Of a DNA stretch of 64,000 nt, positions 11,044 to 21,855 are shown piece after piece. Numbering within the stretch: position 1 is the stretch's first letter; each line of letters opens with the position of its first letter. Origin of the DNA: Perkinsela sp. CCAP 1560/9 (lineage: Eukaryota > Protista > Euglenozoa: Kinetoplastea). Position numbers and translations under genes: made by a program. The stretch is from positions 930,001-994,000 of the forward strand of contig CBFFSA010000003.1 of NCBI GenBank assembly GCA_965644495.1, written 5' to 3'. Under the pieces are notes generated by a model. The model searched no databases. It was given only the letters and a program-made list of their open reading frames with translations, and was not told the DNA's origin.

Positions 11044-11169
11044 TTAACGATAAAGAATGTTAACGATTGTTTAGAATGTTTACTACGCCGAGATAATGGG
11101 GAGTTGCTGTGCCCCTGGGCAGCATACTGTCCAGGGATTAGCAACACCATCAGTTTCTGTACCTTGTTG
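11044..11169 (+). other. Second SL-exon-like sequence, split by a ~94-bp insertion
   Basis: TTAACGATAAAGA (11044-11056) and CAGTTTCTGTACCTTGTTG (11151-11169) are identical to the two halves of 929-962. Confidence 0.75.
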
Positions 11170-11865
11170 TTCATCCTCTCTTTCCCCGGCAACGGGCATA
11201 CTCTTACTGTATTTTCATGCCCGTTGCCGGCCGGCGCTAAGGCTGGAACTGTCCCTCTTGATCGCTGAAGCAGAGGGCGCTCCTTCATCCCTTCACCCCT
11301 CCCCGACGCACTCCCCTGGAGTGAGTGCTTCCCTCTCTCGGCTTCTTTCCTCGCGACCCTTACCTCTCCGAGAGGGATAGGCGTCACGGTGGCCTCCCTT
11401 GAGGACCACTAGACGTGTCCCTCGCTGCCCGCGTTTACGGCTCTCCGCACCTGACGGTCGCCAAGCTCTCCGCACCTCGGCTCTGTCGCAGCTCTCTGCA
11501 CCCGGATTGCCCCCGAAAGCAACCAACCAACCAACCATCACTGGGATAATAAATTAATATGTACCAGTTGAAAGCTTCACAAATTTCTCCTACCCATAAA
11601 ACACTTTGGCGGTGTCCACAAAACTAACATATTCACCAGAAGCTTTTCAAAAACATCTTGCAACAACTTCCATGTATCCTAATCATTCGAGGTGGATGAC
11701 GTTCCAGTACTTAGTCAAATAATTGTGATATGAAATCGACTTTTCATTTTCAGCACAAACGGTTTACCTAATAAAATATTTTCACGAGAAACAACAGCAT
11801 ATCACCTTATCAAACTATCACTCACCTGTTCAGAAAATGCGATAAAGGGGGGTATGAGGGGGGTA

Positions 11866-14800
11866 TCATTTCTTTGGTGTTCGTAATACGTTCTTAGTGC
11901 GCGATCTATCGTCTTTCCCCTGACGGTTTTCTGTCTTTTTGACGCAGTTCTCTCTTTTACTGAGTGTTTTTTGACGTGACCCCTTTGTGCCCAGACTTTC
12001 ATAGCTTGGCTCATCATTCTCCTGGTATAACTGATTACTCCTCTTTCTTTGCGGAGCTCTAAATTTAACCCGATCACTAATAACAATACGTGCTACATGA
12101 GGCAACTGTTGCTTTGACTCAATGTCCTTTAGCCTTTTTGTGTTGTTGGACTGTACGCGTTCTTGTGATCTTGTGCGTTTCGTTTCCGTTTCTATCTCTG
12201 CACGTTTGCCTTTGCTAACTGTCCTACTTTTTGGCAATATTTTTACGTGCTCACCATGGGTGCATATTTGGCTAGAGGTTACCAATTTAAGTTTGCGCTG
12301 CATTTTGCTGCCATTAGAATCACCATTGGTATGGTTTTTGCGCTTGTCTTCTGCATGAGGAATCTCGCCGTAGAATCTCAAAGCCTTTTCTCCCTTGCTT
12401 ATTTTACTTGCTTGTTTAGCCACCCAGTCTGCCATATAATTATGTGGATTTTCGTTATGCGCTTTAACTTTTACGCAGTAGAAACGCTGTGTCCCTCTTA
12501 GCGAAACATATGTTTCTTGCAATTTCTGAAGTATAGCGCCTCCCTCAAACGATTTAAATCCTATGAATCTGAACCAGCTCCATGAAAGAAATCCCAAACA
12601 TACTCAGAGTCCGTGTGCAAAATGACATCTCCGTCGTAGGACAATGCGATGAGAAGAGCCTCGTGCGCGGCAAAGGATTCTATTTCCTGAATAGATTGAG
12701 AGAATTCATGGGGAGGTTTTAACCCAATAGACATGGAGGGCTCGCGGCCCACAACCTGTGTGAGTTTCATCCTTTTTAACAATTCGTGCTCCATCTGTAT
12801 AAATGTGTGTTTCATTTGGCCCGATTGGAAATGGTTGCCGCCCTTCTTCAATGTATTGTAGGGTTTCGTAGCACCCCTTGTTTACCCCCTTTACAAAAAG
12901 ATTTTCCCATAGTTTTGAAGTTGTTTTAGTGTGCGAGGGCCTGGGTTCAAGTTGATTTTGAAGATTTTCAAGTTTCTTGCACCATTGAGACCGATTTTGA
13001 CCAAGTTTTAGAATCTCAGATACGTCAGAATGTAACTCTTTTGCACATTTTTCTGATAGCGAGGGCTTGGAACTCTCATCATTCGTTCTCCATAGTACGG
13101 CAGTTACGAATGGAGTAGGGTGACGAATAAGGTGGCCTACTAGCGAGGAACGTTGTAATTGTATCACAGTATTGGGATTTAGGTCAGTGGGAGTCTACTC
13201 CGCAATGCGCCTCTTTCGAGCACTTGACTCCCAATACGACCCTCCTCATTCTGTTCATTTGGACTTCCACTTCATGTAGCTCTTTCTGATTTAAATTCCA
13301 AGTCCCTGGATTATAATAGACCACTGATTGAACGAGAGACTTAAAGATGTGTAATTTGCTTTTTGGTGACATAGTAGAACTCCATATGGCTTTGAGATTG
13401 TGCATTATTGCCAAACCTAATCGTACACGTTCTTGTGAGTTTGAGCTGCGATCCTCCTCGTTCTGAGTGCTACCCAAGTAGCGATAAGATGTAACTTTTG
13501 GTATATCGCCGAGTGTCGCTTAAGTTTTGATTTGCAGAGGTCTTCCATCATCCTTAACTTTGCCTAGTGTCATCCATGCCGTTTTGTTTGGTCCGACATT
13601 TATTTTCAAATTAGCTTTTTCTGCAGAAGTTTTAAGTTTGTGCAACATTGTGCTTAGCTCCTCCTTGGATTCGGAGAAGAGAACTATATCATTAGCAGAA
13701 TTTATATCACGCAGTTCCTTAACACGCAGTTCCTTAAGGCCTCTGCTCCTAGTTCCTGAGCTATGTGTCGCAAGCCCTAAGTGATTTATGTCGATAGATT
13801 CAACTAAAATACGATCAAGAACCATAATAAACAGGTATGGGGCCAGAACGTCACCTTGAAGAGTCCCCTGTAAAAGTGGAAATGAGTCTGTATTACCGTA
13901 TGGTGTTTTCACGTGCGATTTGAGATTTTGATAAATACACATGATCGTAGAACTGAGATTTTCGGGAATATCGAAAGCACGTAATGTCTCTTTTATCGCA
14001 GCGAATGATAATGAAGGAAAGGCTTGTTGAAAGTCGACGGAACAGACGAACACCCCAGCCCCTCGGCGTGATTTTTCCATTATTTCTAAAAACATTGCCT
14101 GAGCGCCAGCTGTTGAGCGGTTAGGTCGAAAGCCGAATTGATTCCCGCGAAGCGAACTTTCCACTGCTGGTTGTATTCTGTCTAAAATGATTCGATTCAA
14201 AATCTTCACTACATGATTCAAAAGACAGATTGGTCTCCAATTTGTGAGTGAGCGCAAGTTACCTTTCTTTGGCAATGGGACCTGCAATATCGATTTCAAA
14301 GATTCATCCGCTTTTCCGGTTTTTCGCACTTCGTTCATTATATCCAGGAGAGCATTCCGCAAGTCTTGATCAGCTGAAATAGCACGTAAAGCTTCAACCG
14401 GGATATTATCATCGCCTTTAGCTTTTCCTGACTTAATCTCTACCATCGCAGCAGTTAGTTCCTCCACTCGAAATTCACCATCATCAATTTTTGCCAACCG
14501 TTTTGGTGCAGTAGGTAAACTTATTGCTTCATGACCTTTGTAAACACTACCCCCTACCATGCTGAAATGATTCTTCACTATATTAAGGCTGCTGTTTACC
14601 TGTGTTGGGCGGTGCGAGCGTAGTTGGTAGACGGTGGGCCTTACAACCTGCAGGTTGTTGGTTCGATTCCCGCTATCGACAAAACTCGCAACCTGGCGGC
14701 CTCACTACAAAGGGAAAGCGATCAGGAGTGCCTTCAAGGCCCACACCCAACCCCGCTCCCCTGGAGGACCGACCCGGAACCGTCGAGCTGAACCAGGCTC

Positions 14801-15290
14801 CAGCGCAGCCGCTAAATTGCGAGCTGCCTACGCAAAGGAGGCTTGAGACACAGCCTACACGATGCAACGGGGTGGACGCCCGTCCTGGTAGCTACGGTTG
14901 GGTACCCGTGCTCGGGCCGCAAGGCGTCGAGTGCCAACGTCGAGTGCAAACATAGTTTTATTGCCCACGATCTTCAGCAGAGACTTCATGTCAAATCCGG
15001 ATAGATATGTTTCAGCATCAATGCGAATTTCTTTTGCGTTACTAGTTTTCTTGGGCAGACTAGATGCGGACACTCTAAAAGCAGAAGAGAGTCTTGTCCA
15101 AGATATTTCGCTGGCCTTATCTATTTCCATTTTTGGCGCGTTTTCGGACTTCTGATCCTCCGACCGAATTCTTTTTGGCACAGATTTTAATGATTCCTTT
15201 ACTTTTGAAACAAACTTATTTCGGATTTCATCATTTTTCAATGCCTCCCAAAAAGGCTTTTGTTGAGACAGTTTTTGAACCCCCGAAACT
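11866..15290 (-). mobile_element. Non-LTR retrotransposon copy 2 (RT - RNase H), 5'-truncated, degenerate, interrupted by a SINE
   Basis: ORFs 14855..15322 (KPFW..FDMK), 13520..14578 (RT: QFGFR, VDFQQAF, LQGDVLAPYLF; YADD decayed to SAND), 13184..13477, 12706..13167 (YTDG), 12561..12851 (HTDS) and 11866..12597 (KAHNENPHN..DWVAK) are colinear with copy 1. Confidence 0.93.
14601..14947 (+). mobile_element. tRNA-derived SINE-like element (~345 bp) inserted antisense into retroelement copy 2
   Basis: Head 14604-14681 has an A-box-like GAGCGTAGTTGG, a CTTACAA anticodon-like loop (Val-TAC) and a perfect B box GGTTCGATTCC. The 3' domain is repeated at 8446-8569 and the element ends in a duplicated CGTCGAGTGC. 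It interrupts the host ORF. Confidence 0.8.
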
Positions 15291-16157
15291 GTAATATGGG
15301 GATTACGCATCCGGCTCTGCACAAGGCAACCGAGCTCTCTGCACCTCGGAAGTCAGCTGTCTGCACCCATTTTCCTCCAGCGAGGGCAAATCCTCACGTG
15401 ATCCACCCGTCGTATGCGGGTAAGGAATGTCTGCACTCTAAGTGGACAATGTCTGCACTCTGAGTAGGGCAAATCTCTTCACTCTAAGTGCATGAATAAA
15501 CAACACAATATCTGTATCATTCTGTTTTGATACATTCTTTAAAGTGCGTTCCACAAAATCCACCCCATTCACACCCGCAACTGTTTCACTACACACAATA
15601 TGACGCACCATTCAAATACTATACCCCCCCTGCTTATGAGTTCCCCGGTTTTGAAAAAAAGGAACTCATAAGCGTACAAGATCAGAATTCGAGCCATAAA
15701 AACGCGAAAATTCAGGCTCGCGGCGCGAACCTCGGGGGGTTTTCCTTGACAATAATACTGGCTCTAAAATGTTTATTCACTCAGTGAGCGAGCCTGTTAG
15801 AGCAGGCTGAGTGCGGGTGTTGATTTCGCAAAGGCTTTCCCATCAGTTTCCTTTCAAGCCATTAGAGCTGCATTAAATTCTTTTCACGTCGGGCCCCTTC
15901 TGACTCGAACAATTATGTATACACTGAATTGATGGGAATTGTTCGGACGCCGCATGGGAACACGGATCCTTTTCCGATCGAAACTGGAATTCTCCAGGGT
16001 GATGTTTTAGCGCCGTATCTTTTCGTCCATGTTGTAGACCGTATTCTATATAGAGCCTTAGACAACAAACCCTTAGGCAATGTTCTTCAAACCAGCGGAA
16101 TCAAAAGTAGGGGGATCAAGGAAGTAAGGTTGCGGGACATTAATTACGCTGACAATA

Positions 16158-17602
16158 TAACTCTTCGTTAAACGCGGTGGTTGTTTTCAACTTAGAAGTC
16201 ACTCATACTGCGCGCTTCGCGTCGAAGACTACCGCCACGTTTAACGAAGAGCCTGGAAAACGGAAAGATTATAGCCAAAAACAGCCGAATTTTGGGTAAA
16301 AATGGGGTGATTTTCGCGTATTTTTGCTGTCAGAGCACTAAATCCGACATTTGCGCGTGGGAAATCACTCGTAGGCATGAATGGAAGCCTACCGAACGTA
16401 TTGGGTGGAGAATGCGACTCCAACCATACCATTCTTTCGACACAAAAATGCCCCTTTAGGTCCGAAAAATACTTTTTCACCTTTTTTAGTCAAAAATGGG
16501 TCATTTTGGGGGGCGCACCACAGTTCGAAGAAGGGATACCTTGCGAAAACAAATGCGGAGAAAGCTAGTTTAGGTCCCAAACTATCAAAATACAATAGGG
16601 GAAACGATTTTGGAAAAATATTTTTTTTGTCATTTTTTTCGCCGAGTTCAATTTTTTTTCAATTTTTTTTTGCGAAAAAATTCGAACCCCCCTGGACCCC
16701 CCTTTTTCAGGTTTTTTTTTTCAGTTTTGGACCACCGGAGCCCCCTTTTATATTTTTTTCTTCTATTAAAGGGGTGTAAATTTGGATGTGGGGGGGGTCT
16801 AAAATTTGTAAAACTTGGCCAATTTTGGAAAATAATAGCGCATTCGAGAGCCCTCGAACAGGGCTCATGAACGTGCATGTACGGCATCTGCGTTAATTAG
16901 ATTTTCAAGTGCACATAAAAAAACTCATTTTTTTGGGAGACAAAATCTTGCATTTTTCACAGGTTTTCTGATTTCTCCCCTGATTCATGCAACAAAGACG
17001 GGGTTGTGGGCGATCGCCCGAATACAAAGACTACGAAAGGGCTTATTCTTCGCCTGGGCACATAAAAGCAAGCTGGTGCATGGTTCTTGTTGCCGATTAC
17101 GAAACAACACAATCTTTTTCGCTCTAAAAATTTATTTTCCATAGTGGGCGACTTCAAAAATGGTTGAGCCCCTCGGAATCGCGCAGATTTGATCATTGCG
17201 ATCGAAGCAGCGTTTCAAGGCCCCTGAAAATGCCATGCAGAGCTTTCGAAAGCGATGCCGTATTGTAATTGAGATAAAACGACGATAATGGCAATTAATA
17301 ATTTTTTTTTTTGATATTTGCTATTGCTTTAGAAAGTTGCAAATAGCATTTGGGGGTTCTTTGTCTAGGGGGTAATACCCCCTTGTGCCTAGTTCGGTCA
17401 TGTTACGTTCATGAGCCCTGTTCGAGAGCTCTCGAATGCGCTATTATTTTCCGAAATTGGCCAATTTTTATAAATTTTAGACCCCCCCACATCCAAATTT
17501 ACACCCCTGTATATTACTGTGTTCCCCTTTATATTTTCACTGTTTTTGTTCGCTTTTTTTTCATTAATCGAGGGTAGAGCGGTAGTTTTATAACTACCGC
17601 AA
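16158..17602 (+). mobile_element. Non-autonomous Helentron/Helitron2-like (HINE/DINE-like) insert
   Basis: There is no TSD, and removal restores GAC AAT ATT GCC. The 5' subTIR CTCTTCGTTAAACG has a perfect internal inverted copy at 16238-16251. An imperfect 3' subTIR lies at 17564-17576, followed by the terminal hairpin GCGGTAGTT-TTAT-AACTACCGC (17579-17600). The 5' end is repeated at 31069-31108. Confidence 0.65.
16769..17509. mobile_element. Tc1-family internal-deletion derivative (MITE) with ~105-bp TIRs
   Basis: TA-flanked TIRs contain AATTTTGGAAAATAATAGCGCATTCGAGAG. A residual transposase C-terminus AMQSFRKRCRIVIE lies near 17232-17273. Confidence 0.9.
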
Positions 17603-19894
17603 TTGCCCTGCTAGCTTCCACAAAGCGTGAACTTTCTCAAATGATTGAATCAACAGCAAATGAGGCAAAACAGGCTAATCTACACATTGCCGTTGGTCAG
17701 ACTAAGACTGCTTGGTTGGCATTCGGAAAAATTCCTGGCGGAACTCGCGATCTTCGTACTATTTCTTTTGGGAAAATCCCGTATGTCGATAAATACCGGT
17801 ATCTTGGGAACATGCAGGACGCTGCCGATTCTTCCTCATCCGTGAAAGATAGATTACGACTAACGTGGGCAGCGTTCCGCAAACTACGAGGAATTTGGGA
17901 TTCACCATTGAACGCAGAGACGAAACTACGCTTGTTCAATTGTCTCGTTTACCCCATACTCACATTTGGAGCAGCTTCAATAACAATTCCTAATGCCATG
18001 ATTCGCTCTATTGAGGTCGAAATAAACATGATGCGTAGATTCGCGTGCCAATGTGCAAAGCTGGATGAATTTGGTCACTGCTACCCATTGGAATCTTTAT
18101 ATTGTGGTACACCGCGCTTTTCAACAATACACCGTGTCAGCCGCGCAAAGCTTGTAGGACATATTCTTCGACACTCCTCGATGTTTAGAGAACTTATACA
18201 ATGGAAAAGCAAGGAAACGTCGCGCTCCATGTCACCAGCTGAATCATGCATCAGAGATCTGGGGATAACTCTGGAGGAAGCTCTGGTGCACTCTCAAGAC
18301 CGCATTCATTGGAAAAAACTCTGAAAATTTACACCAAATATTAGAACCACTCCCTGATTACGTTCGCGTTAAAACATCAAAATGGAAAAGCCTTTACAAA
18401 GACGCGATCGAAAAAGAAAGCTTGTATGATTTACAGTTTTTGGAAGAAGATAGAGAACCATTTCCCATCAAAGATAAAGAGATACACATTTACATCGATG
18501 GGTCTGTCCGCTTACTTAAAACTAAACAAGAATACAGAAGCGGAGCGGGCCTAGTAATCCGACAAAAGTGGACACAAGACAAGTTTATATCATTACGACT
18601 TGAGGCTCCTTCGGCCGAGATAGCTGAAGCAGAAGCCTTTTATGAGGCGATCAAGAGAATCCCACCAGGAATTGATGCCATCATGATACATACGGATTCA
18701 TTCTACGTTTGGAACTTTTTCCACCACATGCGTCTCAGAAGTCGTGTGATTGGGTATGGTAGTGTGCCAAACGGAAAGTTGCTAGAAGACATAGATTTTC
18801 AGGTCCGTTCTCTACAAGCTAAAAATATTATATGTTGTGTCACACAATGTGGTAAAGTCACACAATGGAAATGTCCATAACGAGAAAGCCGATGCGCTAG
18901 CACTTGCTGGCTCTCGCAAATTTGCGACATCCTCTCCGGAAACAAAGAGGAAAAATACATTGAATGGCCATACCACGGAGCTCGTAAACCCTTCACAAAT
19001 GCGAGAAATTTATAATCCCAAGAGTAACGGTAATAATATTGCTAACAAACGCAAGATATCAAATACTGGGGGGAACCAATCAACAAAAAAAGGTGTATTA
19101 CTTCCTAGAGATTCCGGAGTGAAATCATCCGAAGAGAGTGAGGACTTATTACTGGGGGGGCATGGTGTTGGAAAAAATAAAGATCATGAAGGACCAAGGG
19201 TACTACATGAAACGGTGGGTATTCAGAGGGAGGATTCACCTAAGAGAAAGGTGTCCTCACGAAATACGAAACGGTAGTGTTTCTAGCCGATTTATACCGG
19301 CCTTTTTGGATTGGATTGGATCCATGTTGGGGTTTTTATGAATTTTTGTTCAGTGCAAAAAAAAGATTGCTTCGCGAAAAGTGGGTACAAAACATTCGCC
19401 TTAGAAAAAGGAACTCATAAGCGTACCAGAATTGGGGGAACTCATAAGCAGGAGGGGTAAAGTAAATGTGTAACAGACCGCTCTTTTCATGCAGAACTCT
19501 CAGAAATCACTCACACCCTATCAGATCACTTAGCCTCCACTTTTCCTCGAACCTTAGAATCCCCAGAACCACAGATTCAGCAAAGTGAAGAAGTTGAAGA
19601 GTCGTTTTCCAAAGTTTGTCTCGCATTCAGGGACTGCAAGTCTTGAGGTAAAGATATTGCGGGGGTTGTTTACAACCTCTGCCTCTTTCTTCTTTATGGC
19701 ATGCGGGTGGGGGTGAATCAAGCCGGGTGATAAAATCCCCAAAAAAGGGGGGGGTATGGTCGATGAAAGAGACACTGATGATTTTCATTTTTGCCATGGG
19801 GTGTACAAGCATTAAAGGATGTGCCACCGCGCGCATTTCTTTGATGCGCAAGCGATCTCATTTTGATGTGGGGCCCTAATCTGCATTTGTGAAT

Positions 19895-21559
19895 CTATAG
19901 CTTTCTAATATTGCAACCCCTTAAAGTCCCGGGCCCAACCGATTGACCGTATAATTTTTCTCGAGAACACAACGCTTTTCTGCCCCAAAGGTTTTCCGTG
20001 GGTGAAACACCAACGCCTATGGTTGGGGCATGGAGTTCGTAGCGCGTGAAAGGGCTATCGATCTCGGCATTTACAAGAACGACGTGCGATTGGTACTTTC
20101 GTGGATTCGCCAACTTATCAATAATAAGCTTCCTCTTATCACGTGCCTCTGAGCTTTGCCTTTCGTTTTCCCGCCAAGATTGGACACGGGACAAGTGTGT
20201 TCGTTTCGCTGGCTGTAGGAAGGCATCGTCGGTGAAAACCATAGAAGGCTCCAAATAGTCCTTGGAGAATCGCTCCATCGTGTGGTCCATATCTTCTAAG
20301 TGTCGATCAAGGCCCGATAGGACCGCATTGTCCTTATCTCCGAAACGGGATATGTAAGTGTCTTTCGTAAAACCCGCTTTCTCGTCTTCCGAGAGAGTCG
20401 AATGCGACAGCGTTTCCATGATGTCACTTTCATTCGCTTTTTTTGCTGTCTTTTGGTAGATTCCATGTAAAGTTGGGGAAACGGAACGTCCAGCAAGAGT
20501 GGGAGGCAAGGAGGGGATTACATCAGGTTGTGACGAACTTTTCACTACAACTTTGTCGCTGGCCTTTCGTGCACTCGTTTCTCCACTGTTTACATTTTCG
20601 GGTGTGGCAAGAATCATATTCTGAAACCGATTCACAGGTAACTGGGACGACGCACTTTGCTGCGCATACCTTTCCTCATCTAAAACAGAATGTGGATTTC
20701 GTCGATGAAAACTTTCGCACTCAAGTTGGGAGCGAGGAGAGAGATGACCCTCAGCTGCAAGAGCCGTCGTCGTCCTCATCGGGGTGTACGTAAGTTGACT
20801 AAACGCCTTCAAACAAAGTTGATTCTCGGATAAATCATTTGCGGCGTGATACACCATGTCAAACATAAGTTCCTTTATCCCGTGCCCAGTGTGGGAGCTA
20901 ATCCCAAGCATAGGGCGATACCTTGGACGTGGCAACTCAAGCGCGTCGTCACACTCGCACAATACCGCTCGTACGACCTGCATCCAACGTGAGAGGTGGC
21001 CGGGATCGATGCGATCTATTTTTGTCGCTACAATCGTGTGTGGTACGTTGTACCTCCTCATCCAAATATAATACTCCACATCGCGCCAGGTCATGGGCAG
21101 GAAACGGTGAGAAGCGTCAAGAACCCAATACACGTGTTGGAGATTCACTCGGGTTGCGAGGTACTGTTTCATAAAGGCGCTGTGCGTGAGACTCTGGGCC
21201 CTCCACCGCGGCCCCTGGTGACGTCGGACTCCATACCCACACGCGTCGGCGAGCAAAAAACACCCACCGATGTGATAAAACCGCAAATTAGATGTGTTTC
21301 CAGGCTTTCCAGAGGCCCGGGCGAGTTTTGCCTTCCCGGTGAGTCCGTAGATAATGCTGGACTTGCCGCTGTTGGTCGGACCCACCAGGCACACCTCTGG
21401 GTGAGACTGCAGTCCGCTCGGGAGGTGTTCCAGGGAGGGGCAGCTTTTCATGAATTGGATGCCACGTCCGTAGACGGCGGAGGCGAGGTCGATGATTTTG
21501 CGCTCGCGTGAAGTAAGGATTTTTCGCGTGGGAAGGCACGTGGGTCCATACCAATGCAT
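19895..21559 (-). CDS. EngB/YihA-family GTPase with long C-terminal extension (probably organellar ribosome biogenesis)
   Basis: G1 GPTNSGKSS, G2 PGNT, G3 DACGYG, G4 TKID; PEVCLVG context. Confidence 0.85.
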   Translation of the reverse strand: MHWYGPTCLPTRKILTSRERKIIDLASAVYGRGIQFMKSCPSLEHLPSGLQSHPEVCLVGPTNSGKSSIIYGLTGKAKLARASGKPGNTSNLRFYHIGGCFLLADACGYGVRRHQGPRWRAQSLTHSAFMKQYLATRVNLQHVYWVLDASHRFLPMTWRDVEYYIWMRRYNVPHTIVATKIDRIDPGHLSRWMQVVRAVLCECDDALELPRPRYRPMLGISSHTGHGIKELMFDMVYHAANDLSENQLCLKAFSQLTYTPMRTTTALAAEGHLSPRSQLECESFHRRNPHSVLDEERYAQQSASSQLPVNRFQNMILATPENVNSGETSARKASDKVVVKSSSQPDVIPSLPPTLAGRSVSPTLHGIYQKTAKKANESDIMETLSHSTLSEDEKAGFTKDTYISRFGDKDNAVLSGLDRHLEDMDHTMERFSKDYLEPSMVFTDDAFLQPAKRTHLSRVQSWRENERQSSEARDKRKLIIDKLANPRKYQSHVVLVNAEIDSPFTRYELHAPTIGVGVSPTENLWGRKALCSREKLYGQSVGPGTLRGCNIRKL

Positions 21560-21855
21560 GGGGAAGACAGGGGTTTCTGGGGTGAAATCTTGAGTGAAAA
21601 TAAAGAGTAAGGGGGGGCAAAAAAATTACGTGATATTCCTGGTACGAAAAGAATAGCGTAACATGTAGTAGGCACACATACATTAAGCACACATAAAAAC
21701 ATAAACGCCCAAGTAAACCGTAGAAGACATTTCTACATAAAAGCGCTTGCTACGTGGTGCGTCCTCCTTTTACATGGAAGAGAAAATTTGGCCGAAACTT
21801 CAACTGTTGATTCTTTAAGGTAAAATTTCAATCACTCATGCCACCTCCCACATCA

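Larger units (their letters stand above)
15810..19277 (+). mobile_element. Non-LTR retrotransposon copy 3 (5'-truncated RT - RNase H), split at YADN|IALL
   Basis: VDFAKAFPSV, LQGDVLAPYLF and YADN (15929..16171), resuming as IALLAS..YRYLG at ~17602 and RNase H YIDG/HTDS/KSHNGN (18422..18910). Confidence 0.93.
15619..19462. mobile_element. TIR element (Tc1/mariner/pogo-type MITE, TA-flanked) enclosing retroelement copy 3
   Basis: TA|CTATACCCCCCCTGCTTATGAGTTCCCC ... GGGGAACTCATAAGCAGGAGGGGTAAAG|TA, with an internal repeated GGAACTCATAAGC motif. Confidence 0.8.

Noticed and set aside
4634-13522. Stop-codon reassignment or programmed readthrough (in-frame TAA/TGA at 4634, 6367, 13520)
   Set aside because: The stops occur only in mobile-element copies that also carry frameshifts and are at different positions in each copy; host genes have clean ORFs ending in TAA, TAG and TGA.
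14604-14681. Functional tRNA-Val gene
   Set aside because: Acceptor, D and T stems pair poorly, the anticodon loop is irregular, there is no T-run terminator, and it sits within an insertion.
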